Shown here in pieces: positions 1-11,500 of a stretch of DNA of 62,202 nucleotides (the first letter of the stretch is position 1; each line of letters begins with the position of its first letter). The notes beneath the pieces are model-generated. The model ran no database searches. It was not told the DNA's origin and worked only from the letters and a program-made list of their open reading frames with translations. The position numbers and the translations under genes are program-made. Location of the stretch: NCBI GenBank assembly GCA_015680685.1, contig MNCI01000867.1, forward strand, positions 47,059-109,260, read 5' to 3'. The DNA comes from Gnetum montanum (Eukaryota > Plantae > Gnetophyta).

Positions 1-3000
1 AAAAAAACATCGACACTAGCTCTTCCCCATCTATTGTACAGCACAACCAAAACTGCAACTTGCCAGAGGGCAAGAATTAAACCTGAATGGCACCCCTGAC
101 GTTGGAGCTGCAACGCAGCTAAGAAATATCTCAACAAATTAACCTATCACCCCAACTTTAGACATTTCAAGAAAGCAAAGCGAATCCCCTGCAACTTAGA
201 GACATTGCAAGAGTGGACAAAGTAATGGTCCACAAGCTCTACCGCTTCCTACCAAATCCATTGCAATGTCGACTTTAGGATCTGCCCACTAGTAGCCTTA
301 GGAATGGCCCTGGAGAAGAAAACCTATGCATCTTGAAAACCTTGACCCACTGGCAAAATAACCTTCCCTGAAGCTAGAACCCCCAAACAATCAACCAACA
401 CCTCCTTCATTAGTGGAATGTGGGTCCCTTGAAATGTCATTGCATCACCATGCCAATTGCAGAAAATAGTATCATCCGCCAGATCAGGGTCCCCCCTCAG
501 CAACTACACCACATTGGCCTAGCCCACCTCCTAAATCATTGTCCACAACTCAACATTTTTTTGGAATCCCACACAATCAAGTTCAAATGTGGGCATCCAC
601 CCTATTACAACCATTGCCTACTGCCACAACCTAAGCCCTCGCACCACCAAATGTCATGGCACTAGCAACCTTGCAACATTAAACACTCGTGCGCTCCTCA
701 CCTTCCACATGGCCCAAAGCACAGTTGTGCCCACCAAATCCCCATTCAAAGCATGCTCACGATGGACAAAAGAGAGATCAAGATGCCACCACACTTCATG
801 CAAACAATTGCATTGATAAACAAAGTGATGCACAATCTCCAAGGCCCTTAAACATAATGGACATGTGTCCAATATATGAAGACCTCCAGCCCACAACATA
901 GCCCGCACTAGCAATGTGTCATGATTCAAAAGCCAAAGAAAATTTTTTTAACTTTTTAGGCAAACGACCACTCCATAATGTCTGCCACCCCCACACCACC
1001 AAAAACTTCCATTTTATGATTTCCTGGGATGACTTCCCCCATCATATCACCAACCATCATGTTGGTAATGTGTGTACACCTAGTTCTCCATATGATTGAA
1101 TCTTGCCGATCCGCCTACCATGGTGTGTATTTAGCCCTCATAATCTGAACCCATTGAGCGTCTAGACAAATTACTTGCATTAAATGATTAACCAAAGCTT
1201 GGTAACCCATCATAATAACATCCTGAAACTTAAGTGCGCCCAAACCCCCAACCTCCCGTGGTCGTGCAACTATTTCCCACTTCACCAGATGAAGTTTCAA
1301 CCCCCCTTTTCCTCTCAACCAAATAAAACTTCAAATAATTTGATCCACTTTTTCCACCACCCCAGCAAGGGACGCAGCAACAACCACTATGTATCTAGCC
1401 ATGGCCAACAACACCGAATTTGCCAAAAGCATTCACCCTTTCCGCATTGAAAATTGTATTGTCCAATGATCAACCTTTTGTTGTAGCCGTGAAATAAGAG
1501 ATGTCCATGTTGCTTTATGATTGCAAGCAAACATAGGAAGCCCTATGTATGCCTCTTGGTTAGTTCCTGCCACCATCCCCAAACACTACAAAATCTTCCC
1601 TTGAACTAGATAGGACACCTACAACAAATGCACCGTGCATTTGTCCTAGTTGACCTCCAACCCAACCTCCCAAGCCATCTAATCCAACGCTTGATTAATG
1701 GCCTATGCTTGTGGGACTGACGCCCGCGAAAAAATCATCGTATCATCCACATAGTGCTCAATCAGGCAATCGATCCCAACCACATTAAGCCCCTATACCC
1801 CTTCTGCTTTGCAATACCCCTGCAACGTATCCATAGAGAGGATAAACAATTAAGGTGAGAGTGGATCACCTTGCCTTAAACCACACCCAAGGGAGGAAAA
1901 CCCCCATAGCTTACCTCCAATATTGAAAGAATATGTCCCCGATGCTTGGATTTGGATACACATTGCAATAAACCTTGGATCAAAGTCTTTCTGCTCCATG
2001 ATATTAGCCAATGCATCCCAACACATAGTATCATAAGCTTTTTTAATATCCATCTTGACGCACATACCAGGATACCCCAAATGTTGAAGCAAATGCATCA
2101 CCTCCTAAAGTAGAATCACCTGATCTTGAATGTATCTCCCTTTCACGAAACTCATCTGATTATTCCCCACCAATCCTAGCATCAAGGGGTAAGACGCATC
2201 ACCATCTTAGTAAAAATTCAAATTAGGGTGTTGCACACTCCAATAGGCTGAAACTGAGACAACTCAAAAGGCTCAACCACCTTGGGAATAAGAACAATTC
2301 TAAAACAGTTGATTTCATTCCGAACTTGTTGTCGCTGAAGCATCCGATTGAAAGCATCTTAAATATTTGGTCCCATCACATCAATGAATTCCCTAAAAAG
2401 TTCCACTAGCCAACCATTTGGCCCTGGTGCACAATCCGACTACATGAAAGCCAAGGCCTCCTCTAGCTCTTGCTACAAGAATGGCTCCAACAGCAACTTA
2501 TTCTCCTTGGCCCCCAACACTAACTCCACTGACACCAAAATAGGCTTCATTCTCCTATATGCCCAAATTCTAGCCCAATATTGCTAAATGGCCTGACCGA
2601 CATCCTGAGTCTCTGTAACCCTCTCCCCATTGAGATTTAACCTCACCTCCTTAGCACCCTAATTCGCTTTAGTAGCGGCAAAGAAAAATTTCATGTTACA
2701 ATTTCCCTATCTCAACCACGTATTTCTAGCATATTGCTTCTAGTAAGTCTCCTCCTCAGCATCAAGTGCCTAAAGCTTCCTCAAAACATCCTGCTCCTCT
2801 TTACCCACCTCTTCACCCTACTCCTACCAGGCCTACAAAGAAGCTAAGCGTCCCAGAAGATCGATCCTCCTAGTCCTAAAAGAAAACCTCTCCTTGGCCT
2901 TTACCAACCGAAGAGCCTGCTTGAGACAAGAAAGCCCCCACTTTAGGAAATCACGGGGATAAACCTACACATTATAGTCCACACAAATCCCCACAACCAG

Positions 3001-3733
3001 CAGTCTAAGCCAAGGTTTAGCCAACCAAGCTCTCTCAAAACGAAATGATGAAGCTTTGGGCCAACCAGGTCTACCCACCTAACAATAGAGAGATTGGTGA
3101 TCAAACGCCAATCTCTCTTTCCCCGCCACCCAAATCTCAGATCCTAGCATAATGTGTACTGACCCACACTCAGTTGATCCGAGACAAAACTTGATCATTC
3201 CCTCTATGGTGGTTGCTCCAAGTATACCTGCATCTAGAAATCTCCATGTCTACCAAATCATGCTCCTACAAGAACTCCAAGGATTGACTACTTTCCGAAG
3301 GTTTTGTCAAATCATTACCAAATTTCTCCCATGCGTACAAGCGTTGATCGAAATTGCCAATGACGAGCTAGTGCTGGTAGTCAACCAGAGCAACCAGCCT
3401 CAGCTCCATCAATTGTTCCTCCCATCTCTAGGCCCCATAAAAATTTGTAATCCAGATATCAACCGCCTCTAGCTGCATCGCAATACTCCATCACCAAGAG
3501 TCAACCAATCAAAACAACCTTTTTGCCAACATGACAAGCCCACCCGCTCTTCCTAAACTAGGCACAATCTGAGTCTGCCATCCGGCCCACTACAGGAAAT
3601 GGACCTTTGAAGCCTATATTTTCATCTCCTACAGGCACACAACGTCACATTCCTCCCGACGCACAATATCTCGAAGGGTATTTCGCTTGTAGGGGGTACC
3701 TTGTCCCCTTAAATTCCAAGAGAGGATCTACAT
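1..3733 (-). pseudogene. LINE-A ORF2 (APE endonuclease-RT-zf-RVT plus C-terminal accessory domain), disrupted
   Basis: Begins M*IL-SWNLRG near 3733. RT segment 1850-2101, zf-RVT 654-929. Protein-like sequence continues from about 600 down to 1 and is homologous to LINE-B. Confidence 0.88.
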
Positions 3734-3769
3734 GGCATCCCAGCCAATCGTTGTCTATATGCCTCCTTC

Positions 3770-5265
3770 AAGGTCCACTGCAACCCCAAGTCGATCTTGG
3801 CTTGTGTAATTTTACTTCAGGCAATAGGTGATAACAGCCTCCCAATCCTACTAGCTTTCAATGAGATAGGGAAACCCACACATCCCTCCTGGACTGGCAA
3901 TAGCGGTCTCCCAATCCTATTGGCCTTCAGTGAGACCAAGCAACCACCACATCCCTCTCGCTAGTCCTGTAAAATCTTAGACATTTTTGGAAATGGGGAG
4001 CCTCGAACCACACCAATCCAATCATGCAATGGCGATAGCACCATCGCTAGAGCCTTCTTAGGGGCGGGGGGTGGGGTCAGTGCAGGGGTGGTTTGTAGGA
4101 GCACTCTCCCCACTGCTCCAACCAACAACTTCAACTCCCTCTCACTAGAGCCCATATCCACCTACGCTTCTCAAGCCTTTTCAGTAGGCCCTTGCCCCCG
4201 CTTAGCCGCCCCCACAGCTGGCTCACGAGGTCTAGCACGACACACCAAGCCTGTTGGTGCCATAGCAACAACCTTCACCACTCAACCCTTCCTCTCAACC
4301 AAGTTCCACCCACCCTACAGCTAGTGTAGTGGAGCCTTCGAGCAGACTCGACAATCCACCATCAGGTGACCCTTTCCACAAATCATGCACCCAGCAGACA
4401 ACACCTCTCTTATCACCAACTTCCCTGTTGGCAAGTTCTCATATTCAACCCTGATTTTTTCATCTCTTGAGGGTAGGGCTAAAACCACCTCACTGACCCT
4501 ATCCTCAAAACCCAACGACCTCCAGACACAAAAATAGGCATATCCCATCCTGTCGAGTGACTCCGTGAAACTATGGAACTTTAAGAATTCCCCAAACAAT
4601 CCAACCAACATTTTGGAGAAACCTAGTGTCCAAATCTCCAAAGGCAAATCCAATATCCTAACCCAAACCAATGCCTTGACAAAGAGATTTGTATCTCAAT
4701 GGGCCCCCGACCACCAAGGCACAAGGGCCAACCCATGGGCCCCATAAAACAACAGGCCAGCAAACAACACCCTCTCTCTATTGACTTCTGACTAGAACAC
4801 AAACAAAAGCCTGTCATCCACCAAACTACGGACCTACACATTCTCTAGCCCCTAGGCCATGCAAGCCTAGCGTTGAACAAGGTCTATCCTAGATCTCATC
4901 CCCTCTAAGACGAACTTACCAAGGAGGCTAAGCTCCAACATATGCAACCCCTCCACAAGCTAATGACCAATCTGCAATCTCATAGTCCCGCCCTCCCGTG
5001 AGCAAGCTTCAATCCCTCCCTCCTCACCAAGTGACACTAATGCTCCTTCCATCAATCCGCCTAGACCACCCTTTCCTTGTGCACTCCCAAAAATGCTATC
5101 TTCAATCATCGCCTCAGCAACCCCTAGCCCTCCAAGCTCTGCCCCCAATGACTCCTTCCTAGGCTCACCGTCCGCAAGGATCCCTCCACTACCATCGATG
5201 CTCACCGCATCCCCTTCAATGTGCCCTATGCTCCCAACGCTCCCCACTCTCTCAACGTTCACGGC
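3770..5265 (-). pseudogene. LINE-A ORF1 (DUF4283/RRM-like plus CCHC zinc knuckle), disrupted
   Basis: ORF 4321-4671 reads WVRILDLPLEIWT...GYAYFCV...YENLP...CMICGKGHLMVDC, typical of plant L1 ORF1. Ends approximate. Confidence 0.85.
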
Positions 5266-5319
5266 ACTCCGCCCATTTCAAAATCCTTTCCTCATCCTTG
5301 AGTCTTGTTTGTTGTGATT

Positions 5320-7186
5320 ATGTATGTGGTTTTTAATCCTAATTTTTAGAACTATCTATAATTTGATGATGGTTAAAACTTTTATGAGGATTGTGTGCAG
5401 CAGCTAAAAAGAGTTAAAAGAGACTGAAAAAGATGTAGACAAAGCAAAGAAATTGCAAAACATGGAAGAAGCTATTATAAATGTATTGTAAAAGAGGCAA
5501 AAATGACAAACATTGGAAGCAACACAAAGCACTTTCAGGGAATTTCACCCCTCATCAACATGCATTTGTTGCTAGATACATGCCAAAAACAGGGATGGCA
5601 GTAGATAATTTATGGGAAAAACACGGCCCTTTGTGAAAGAAAATAGTGGACACATGTTGGAAATAAAAAAAATGCCAATCCTCACATTTGCAAGTGTAAG
5701 GGTAGGCCAACAATCTAAAGATCAAAAAGTTTGAACCTTAGAACTAAATCTACTACAACATTAGGAACCTCCGTAGTTTGAAAATTTCTTCAATAGACAA
5801 CAAGTTTCGGAAAGACATTTGTCAAACATGGATCTTGTTGCTGAAGCCGCAAGAGTTCAAGGTTTAGGAGGATTTGGTGAAAAGACTAAAATCCATAACA
5901 AAAGTGAGAGGGATCCTGCTAGTGCTAAAAAATGCTTCCTTGGATTACTTGGAGGAAAGCAACTACATGTGAAGTAGGAACTTTGCATAGCACAATTCAA
6001 TCAACTAGTTGTTCTCCATCATGACTTGGGCATTCACAATTTAGCCTAGAAGAGTGTCTAAATGTTGATGAACTATGTCATTCCAATGAAGCAAGAGCTA
6101 GATTGGCTGGTCAAAGCAGCCGGAGAAACAACAGTAATGGTAGAATTATCACTACTACTCTCGGATCTAAAACTCAAACAAACTCTAAGATGCCCAACAA
6201 GAAGATATTGATCATCATATTGACATTTCCTTCGTACTAGATCCTTGGGTTGTTGTTTATAATTTGTCTATTATGCTTTATTTTTTTAATGTAAATTGAT
6301 TGTTGTCTCTATTGGTCTAAATTCAAGATTGAATTTCTAATGATTGATTAATCATTTTGGGGAAAAAAAATTTCAGTTAGGTAGCATTTTGGAGGCTTTA
6401 GTTGTTAGCCCTTGCTCCGTACAATGAGGTGTTACAAAACCCTTGTGCATAGCAACTACAACAATAGATCTGTGACTACACCTGCAATCCTTATGCACAC
6501 CACCTACTATGTGCAGATTTATACATATGTCACTTGCATTGTGTAGATCCATGCATAAATTTGTGTACGTCACCTTCATTGCATAGATCTATATGTAAAT
6601 TTGTGCATATGTTACTTACATTATGCAAACTTAGGTGCAAATCTTGATCCTATTTCTATTAGTCACTACCTATTCCTATTAATTCTTCCTCTAGTGACAC
6701 GTATAAGATTCATGACATGTAGTAGCTTTAGGACTTTTAGACCCCCTTGCCCTCTCCTATTTCTCTGACTGATCACACCATTGTTCCCTTGCAATCATTA
6801 TGGATTGCAGCTGCATTGGGCTATGTGTGAGATTGAGATTGAGGTTCCAACTTGTGAATGTCCGACTAACTACATTGTCTGAGCATGTCTTCAAGGACAC
6901 TAAGGTCAATTCCTTGATTTATGTCGTGGGGCAATTCACCATTTCATGGTATAATACAAGGTTATGTGATATAATGTTTGGTTATGTTAATTAATGTAAT
7001 TGTGAACTTTTTGGGTTACATTGCATGATCAGTGGGTGACAAATACCGGTTGGGAGGTGTTGGGTTTAGTGAAGGTAAAAAGGGTAAGTCCACTAGTCCA
7101 TAATTTGTGCATCTTTATGTGTTTTCCTTACTTAATCCTCTGCTACACATATATCATCTCTAGGGTCTGGCATTGATAAGGTGACA
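5320..7186 (+). mobile_element. Possible old LTR-retrotransposon 3' remnant (decayed coiled-coil coding stretch, purine tract, LTR-like segment)
   Basis: Broken helical reading frames at 5380-6200. TTTTGGGGAAAAAAAA at 6355-6370 is followed by a segment bounded by TTTCA (6371) and TGACA (7186). No TSD found. Confidence 0.3.
6510..6645. repeat. Degenerate ~40-bp tandem repeat, about 3 copies
   Basis: gtcacttgcattgtgtagatccatgcataaatttgtgtac / gtcaccttcattgcatagatctatatgtaaatttgtgcat / gttacttacattatgcaaac... Confidence 0.65.
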
Positions 7187-7654
7187 ACTTACAATAATGG
7201 TCGACATGTAATCAAGTCTAAACTGCTCATCACACTTCAAGCTTCAGCTATAGCCGATATGCTTTGATAAAATGCTAGCCTTCAAGATGTCAATAGAAAC
7301 AAGGAGACAGTGTGCATGCGTAAACTGCAATAGAAACAGCTCCAAAAAATGCATTCAATTAATTCATTTAGTACATCATACATGGTAAGAGGAAGCACCT
7401 CTTTGTAAGCTATCTTAGGATTAAAGTTTTTTTGGTAATCACAAAATGGGATCTGCACACTAAAACCGTCAAACTTAGAGATGCAATTTATATAAGTCAA
7501 CACATATCATTCATTAGCCTACATGCTAGCTTCTTCAAAACATGCAAACTATGTTGCCTACTTCTTCGTAGCCATATTCTTTGTTAATCGTTTTTTGTTT
7601 CTTTTTTAAAGAAGAGTTCGGGAAGTGTATTAATTGAACAGATGTAAAATATGT

Positions 7655-7930
7655 ACAGTAAGGAACAAAAACAAGGGGAGTAATACCCCCAAACACACAG
7701 GTCTTAAAACCACCGCCTGTAAAATAAAGGCCACATGATAGACCTCATCCCCACAAAATGGTCTACCAGACTTGACAGCAGAACGCCACACAGCTCCGTA
7801 GAGATGCCCGGGAGCAAAGGGACCCAACACAGAAAGAATGATTACAGACCCAGGAGGCCCAAAACCAAACATCACCACCGAAACCCAAAAACAGAAACAG
7901 CCACAAACAGACACAGGAACCAACCGAGAT
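7655..7930 (-). mobile_element. Probable 5'-truncated LINE 3'-UTR fragment
   Basis: G/T-rich minus-strand island with composition like the LINE-B 3' UTR (8650-8850), set in AT-rich intron. Only a degenerate flanking duplication. Confidence 0.4.
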
Positions 7931-8446
7931 AATGATATGCATAATAACATTGAGTTAGGAATATCGTTATGCAATTCATCGTTGCAACTTCAGACACCAA
8001 GATAAAGAAACAAAAAATTCAAATTTTTCAAATTAAAAATCAGAATCAGCATGCTTAATTGATGATTTCTACGCCTTAAAATGTTTAACATCGTGCTTCT
8101 TAAGCTTTTGTTAATAACATGATTACTTTTAAAATTTTTGGTAAGATGTTCCCAATGAGTTCTGAACATTCCCAGAATGCATTCCTGTTCCTGGAACATG
8201 GGGAACATGGAAACTTTCCCAAGAACATGATGAGGTGTCAGAGCAGATCACCTCTCCAAAAGTTGTATTAATCGATAAGAAATTATTGGCATTTAAAATC
8301 TAATGAAGATAAATCACACTCACCATCATATTTGCTATATAACCAAAGCATCTAAAATTTCTGAAAAAATTATTCCTTAGTCACAAACATTTTAGTCATC
8401 GCTTAAATTTTTTTAACTAAAAGTTACAAAACATGAGCTTCATTAC

Positions 8447-8517
8447 CTTGACAAGAGCAGGTCGAATAGATGATGGAGATGCTAGTATTGCTTCTTTCTG
8501 AAAGCGTTCATCAAACC
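8447..8517 (-). CDS. ARP7: ARP7 exon 6
   Basis: tacag|(G)[23 protein letters not shown]|gtaatg; 71 nt; phase matches exon 5. Confidence 0.94.
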
Positions 8518-11500
8518 CTGTAACATACAACATTATTTCAGTAGCAATTTCACCATTTCATTGCACAATATACTGACGATATGCATGCTAAAATAAGAAG
8601 TATAACATTTGAGTAAAGTTTGGGATTTATTAACTCAAAAAAATTGTTATATACAAACAAAATCAGCACTACCGTTTGGCACACCCCGAACAGCAGAAGT
8701 GTGCCAACAACTGGGCCATATCCCCCAGAACCCCATCCCCCCAAAGCCCCGCACTTCGCGACATGACCTCCCTCAGTTGGCCAGGAAATGGCTGGCCCAG
8801 CCCCCAAAAAAAGGCATGTAAGTCCCCTGCCTCTACTCACAATGCCACTGCCCCAATACCATGTCAGAGACCATTAATCTAATGCAGAAATTCTGCTCCT
8901 TTATAAGACAAATGAAACCAGATCACCTGAAAATGATTTTGCCCCCGTCAATTCTTGTACATCAGAGAAAGACCTCGAAACTATCGGTGCACCGCCAGGC
9001 CAAAGGTACCCCCGATCCAACTCACCCGCTCCCCCATCCGCCAGTGGCCACGGCGACACGTCTTTTGTCCGCTGCTGCACTTCCTATTCCATCTCGGACC
9101 AAATTTGGAGCCACAATTCATCCCTCATCACAGCAAATTTGTCTCTTCCTATAGTATCTTGTGCCTGTTGACCTCGTCCTGCAACTCGGCCCTCTGGCGC
9201 TTTGCCAGGTCTGCCGCCCCACTGTAGATTAGCTTCCCGCACCATCCACCAAGCTTCCCAACCTGCCTTTTCCGCCTCCTATGCCCACTCAGCCGCCTCC
9301 TGTGCTCGCTCAGCCACCTCCCTACTGGCTCTCTCCACCAACACTCCAATCTTAGTTTGGGTTAGTAACACAACCAGTAGGGCGCCTTCCCCAAAGGGCT
9401 AGCAACCTCCTCCAAAGTCTGACCCACTTGCTGATCCTCTGCAAACACTGATGCCTGCCCCATCGTAGTATACCAGGTACAGCGCCTCTTATGCACCAAC
9501 AAGGGCTCCGAACTCGACTCCCACGGGAGCAGAGTTGTCCTTGACTGCCATAAGGCTAAAATAAGAACAGGATGTCTACCTGGCCATTTACACTGCCATG
9601 ACTTTTAGAAAGAAATGTAGCATGTTCACCCTCAACCCATGTTTCAAGCATCTTAAGAAGGCGAAGTGAACTCCCAGCAACTTGTACGAGGTGCCCAACT
9701 GCACCAAAAACTTGTCAATCAACCTTGCCACGGCCTGCCAAATCGATGGCAACGGCGACCTGGGCACATGCCTGCTAGCAATTTTGGGAACCCCTCCCCA
9801 AAAAAACTCTCTAGCGTACCCATAATTATTTACCACAGGAAGGATAATCTCCCCCACCACCTACACCAACTCTGTCAAAAGGATCCACCTGCCCCTAAAC
9901 GAAGTTGCCTCCCCCTCCCAACCTCCCAATTTGCAAAGGAGTGATCTGCCAAATCCAGCGTCCCTTCAAGTCGTGATAGCATTGTCGTGGAACTCGTGCA
10001 CCGCCGATTCGAAATATCTCACTTGTCCCATGCTCTTGGATGCTTCTGCCCATACTTGCACCCCTGCAATAGCAACAAACATCAGCAGGAGCAGCCATTG
10101 TGCTTGGAAGATCAGATTATCTCTGCATTTCCACTCTACCCATAGAATTGCGGTTTCCTTGGAATCTTCGTTTGGTCTAAACGGTGGCACTAGCCTAGCT
10201 ACTTGCCAAGTGTCCTTCATATAAGGGCAGTGGTAAATGAAATGATTGAGGGTTTCCGTCTCCACCACACACATAGGGCAGCTAGGTTCAATATTCATCC
10301 CTCGTGCCCTCAGAAACCCCCTCACCGACAACGCCCTATGTGCAATAAGCCATGCAAAGACCTTCTCGGGCAATCTCCCTTTCCAAATGGATTACCATTC
10401 CGCAACCTGCAGATACATGGCGTTGATGATTTCTTTTGGAGGTTGGCCCAGAAGGGCTCTATCCGTCATCTCATTAGCATGTTAACAAAGAGCCCTCCAG
10501 AACCATGACCCTCCTGGGTCTACCTCCCATAACCGATGCTTTTGCCGCACCATCCTAATCCATTGAGCCTATTTATCTCCCTGCACCAGCACTCTATTTA
10601 CCAATCTTTGCATTCCAAGCATAATCTCATCGCTGAAGGGCAGCAAACCAATCCCACCAACATTTCTTGGCTGGCACTGTACTCTCCCAACACAGCAAAT
10701 GAAGTTTGTCTCCTCCCTTACCCCCTGACCAGATAAAGCGCCACACAATCTATATCTTTTGTATTACCCCTGCAGGGGGAGAAGCCATGGAAGCTGTAAA
10801 TCTGACCATCGCCATAAGGACAATTGCAGCTAATAATATTTTTCGTTTCTTGGACAGAAACTGATTAGCCCAATGTTTTGTCTTCTTTTGCACCCTATGT
10901 ATCAAAGCCGTCCACATATACCACCGATTCCATGCAAACAACAACATCCCTAAATAGGAATCTTGAATAATCCCAGGCAAGATTCCTAGAACTAGAGAGA
11001 TCCATCCTTTCACCTGCTCCACCATGTTAACTAGATGGATTGCTGACTTAGCTTTGTTAATTTCAAGACCAACCTCTTGTGCCATCCGTTCCAAAGCCCT
11101 TTCAAGGGCCAATGCTTGAGGAACCATCACCCTTGAGAAAAGGATGGTGTCATCCATGTAATGCTCTACAAGGCAATGTACCCCAACCACCTCCAATTCT
11201 CCCATCCTCTTCGATGCACAGTATTGTTGTAGCATGTCCATTACCATGATGAACATAAGCGAGGATAGCGGATCCCCTTACCAAAGCCCTCTTTTTGGGG
11301 CCTCAAACCCCACAATTGGCCTTCAATACTATCTTCCTGAGCTTTGCAACTAGATGCACCAATTGACAAAATCAAGTGTGAAACCTTTACGTAACATGAT
11401 TTCTTGTAGGGCTTCCCAACTCACTATGTCATATGCCTTTGTTATATCCAATTTCACACACATTCCAAGGAACCTAGTGTGCTGTAATGAGTGCAGAATC

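Larger units (their letters stand above)
1..5300 (-). mobile_element. L1-clade LINE (LINE-A), decayed, 3' end runs off window start
   Basis: The minus strand gives ORF1 (WVRILDLPLEIW, CMICGKGHLMVDC knuckle), then ORF2: endonuclease SWNLRG, RT motifs KMDIKKAYD, GLRQGDPLSP and YVDD (1742-1753), LVKWEIVARPREVGGLG, and zf-RVT CPLC. Many stops and frameshifts. 5' boundary approximate. Confidence 0.93.

Noticed and set aside
7150-7240. Box C/D snoRNA (GTGATGA on the gene strand)
   Set aside because: No box D CTGA at a suitable distance and no terminal stem.
7520-7590. Minus-strand TINKEYGYEEVGNIVCMF* as the ARP7 last exon
   Set aside because: Lacks the conserved PPEYMPE and SAW.GGAILAKVVFPQNQH blocks and has no suitable acceptor; the real exon is probably beyond position 1.
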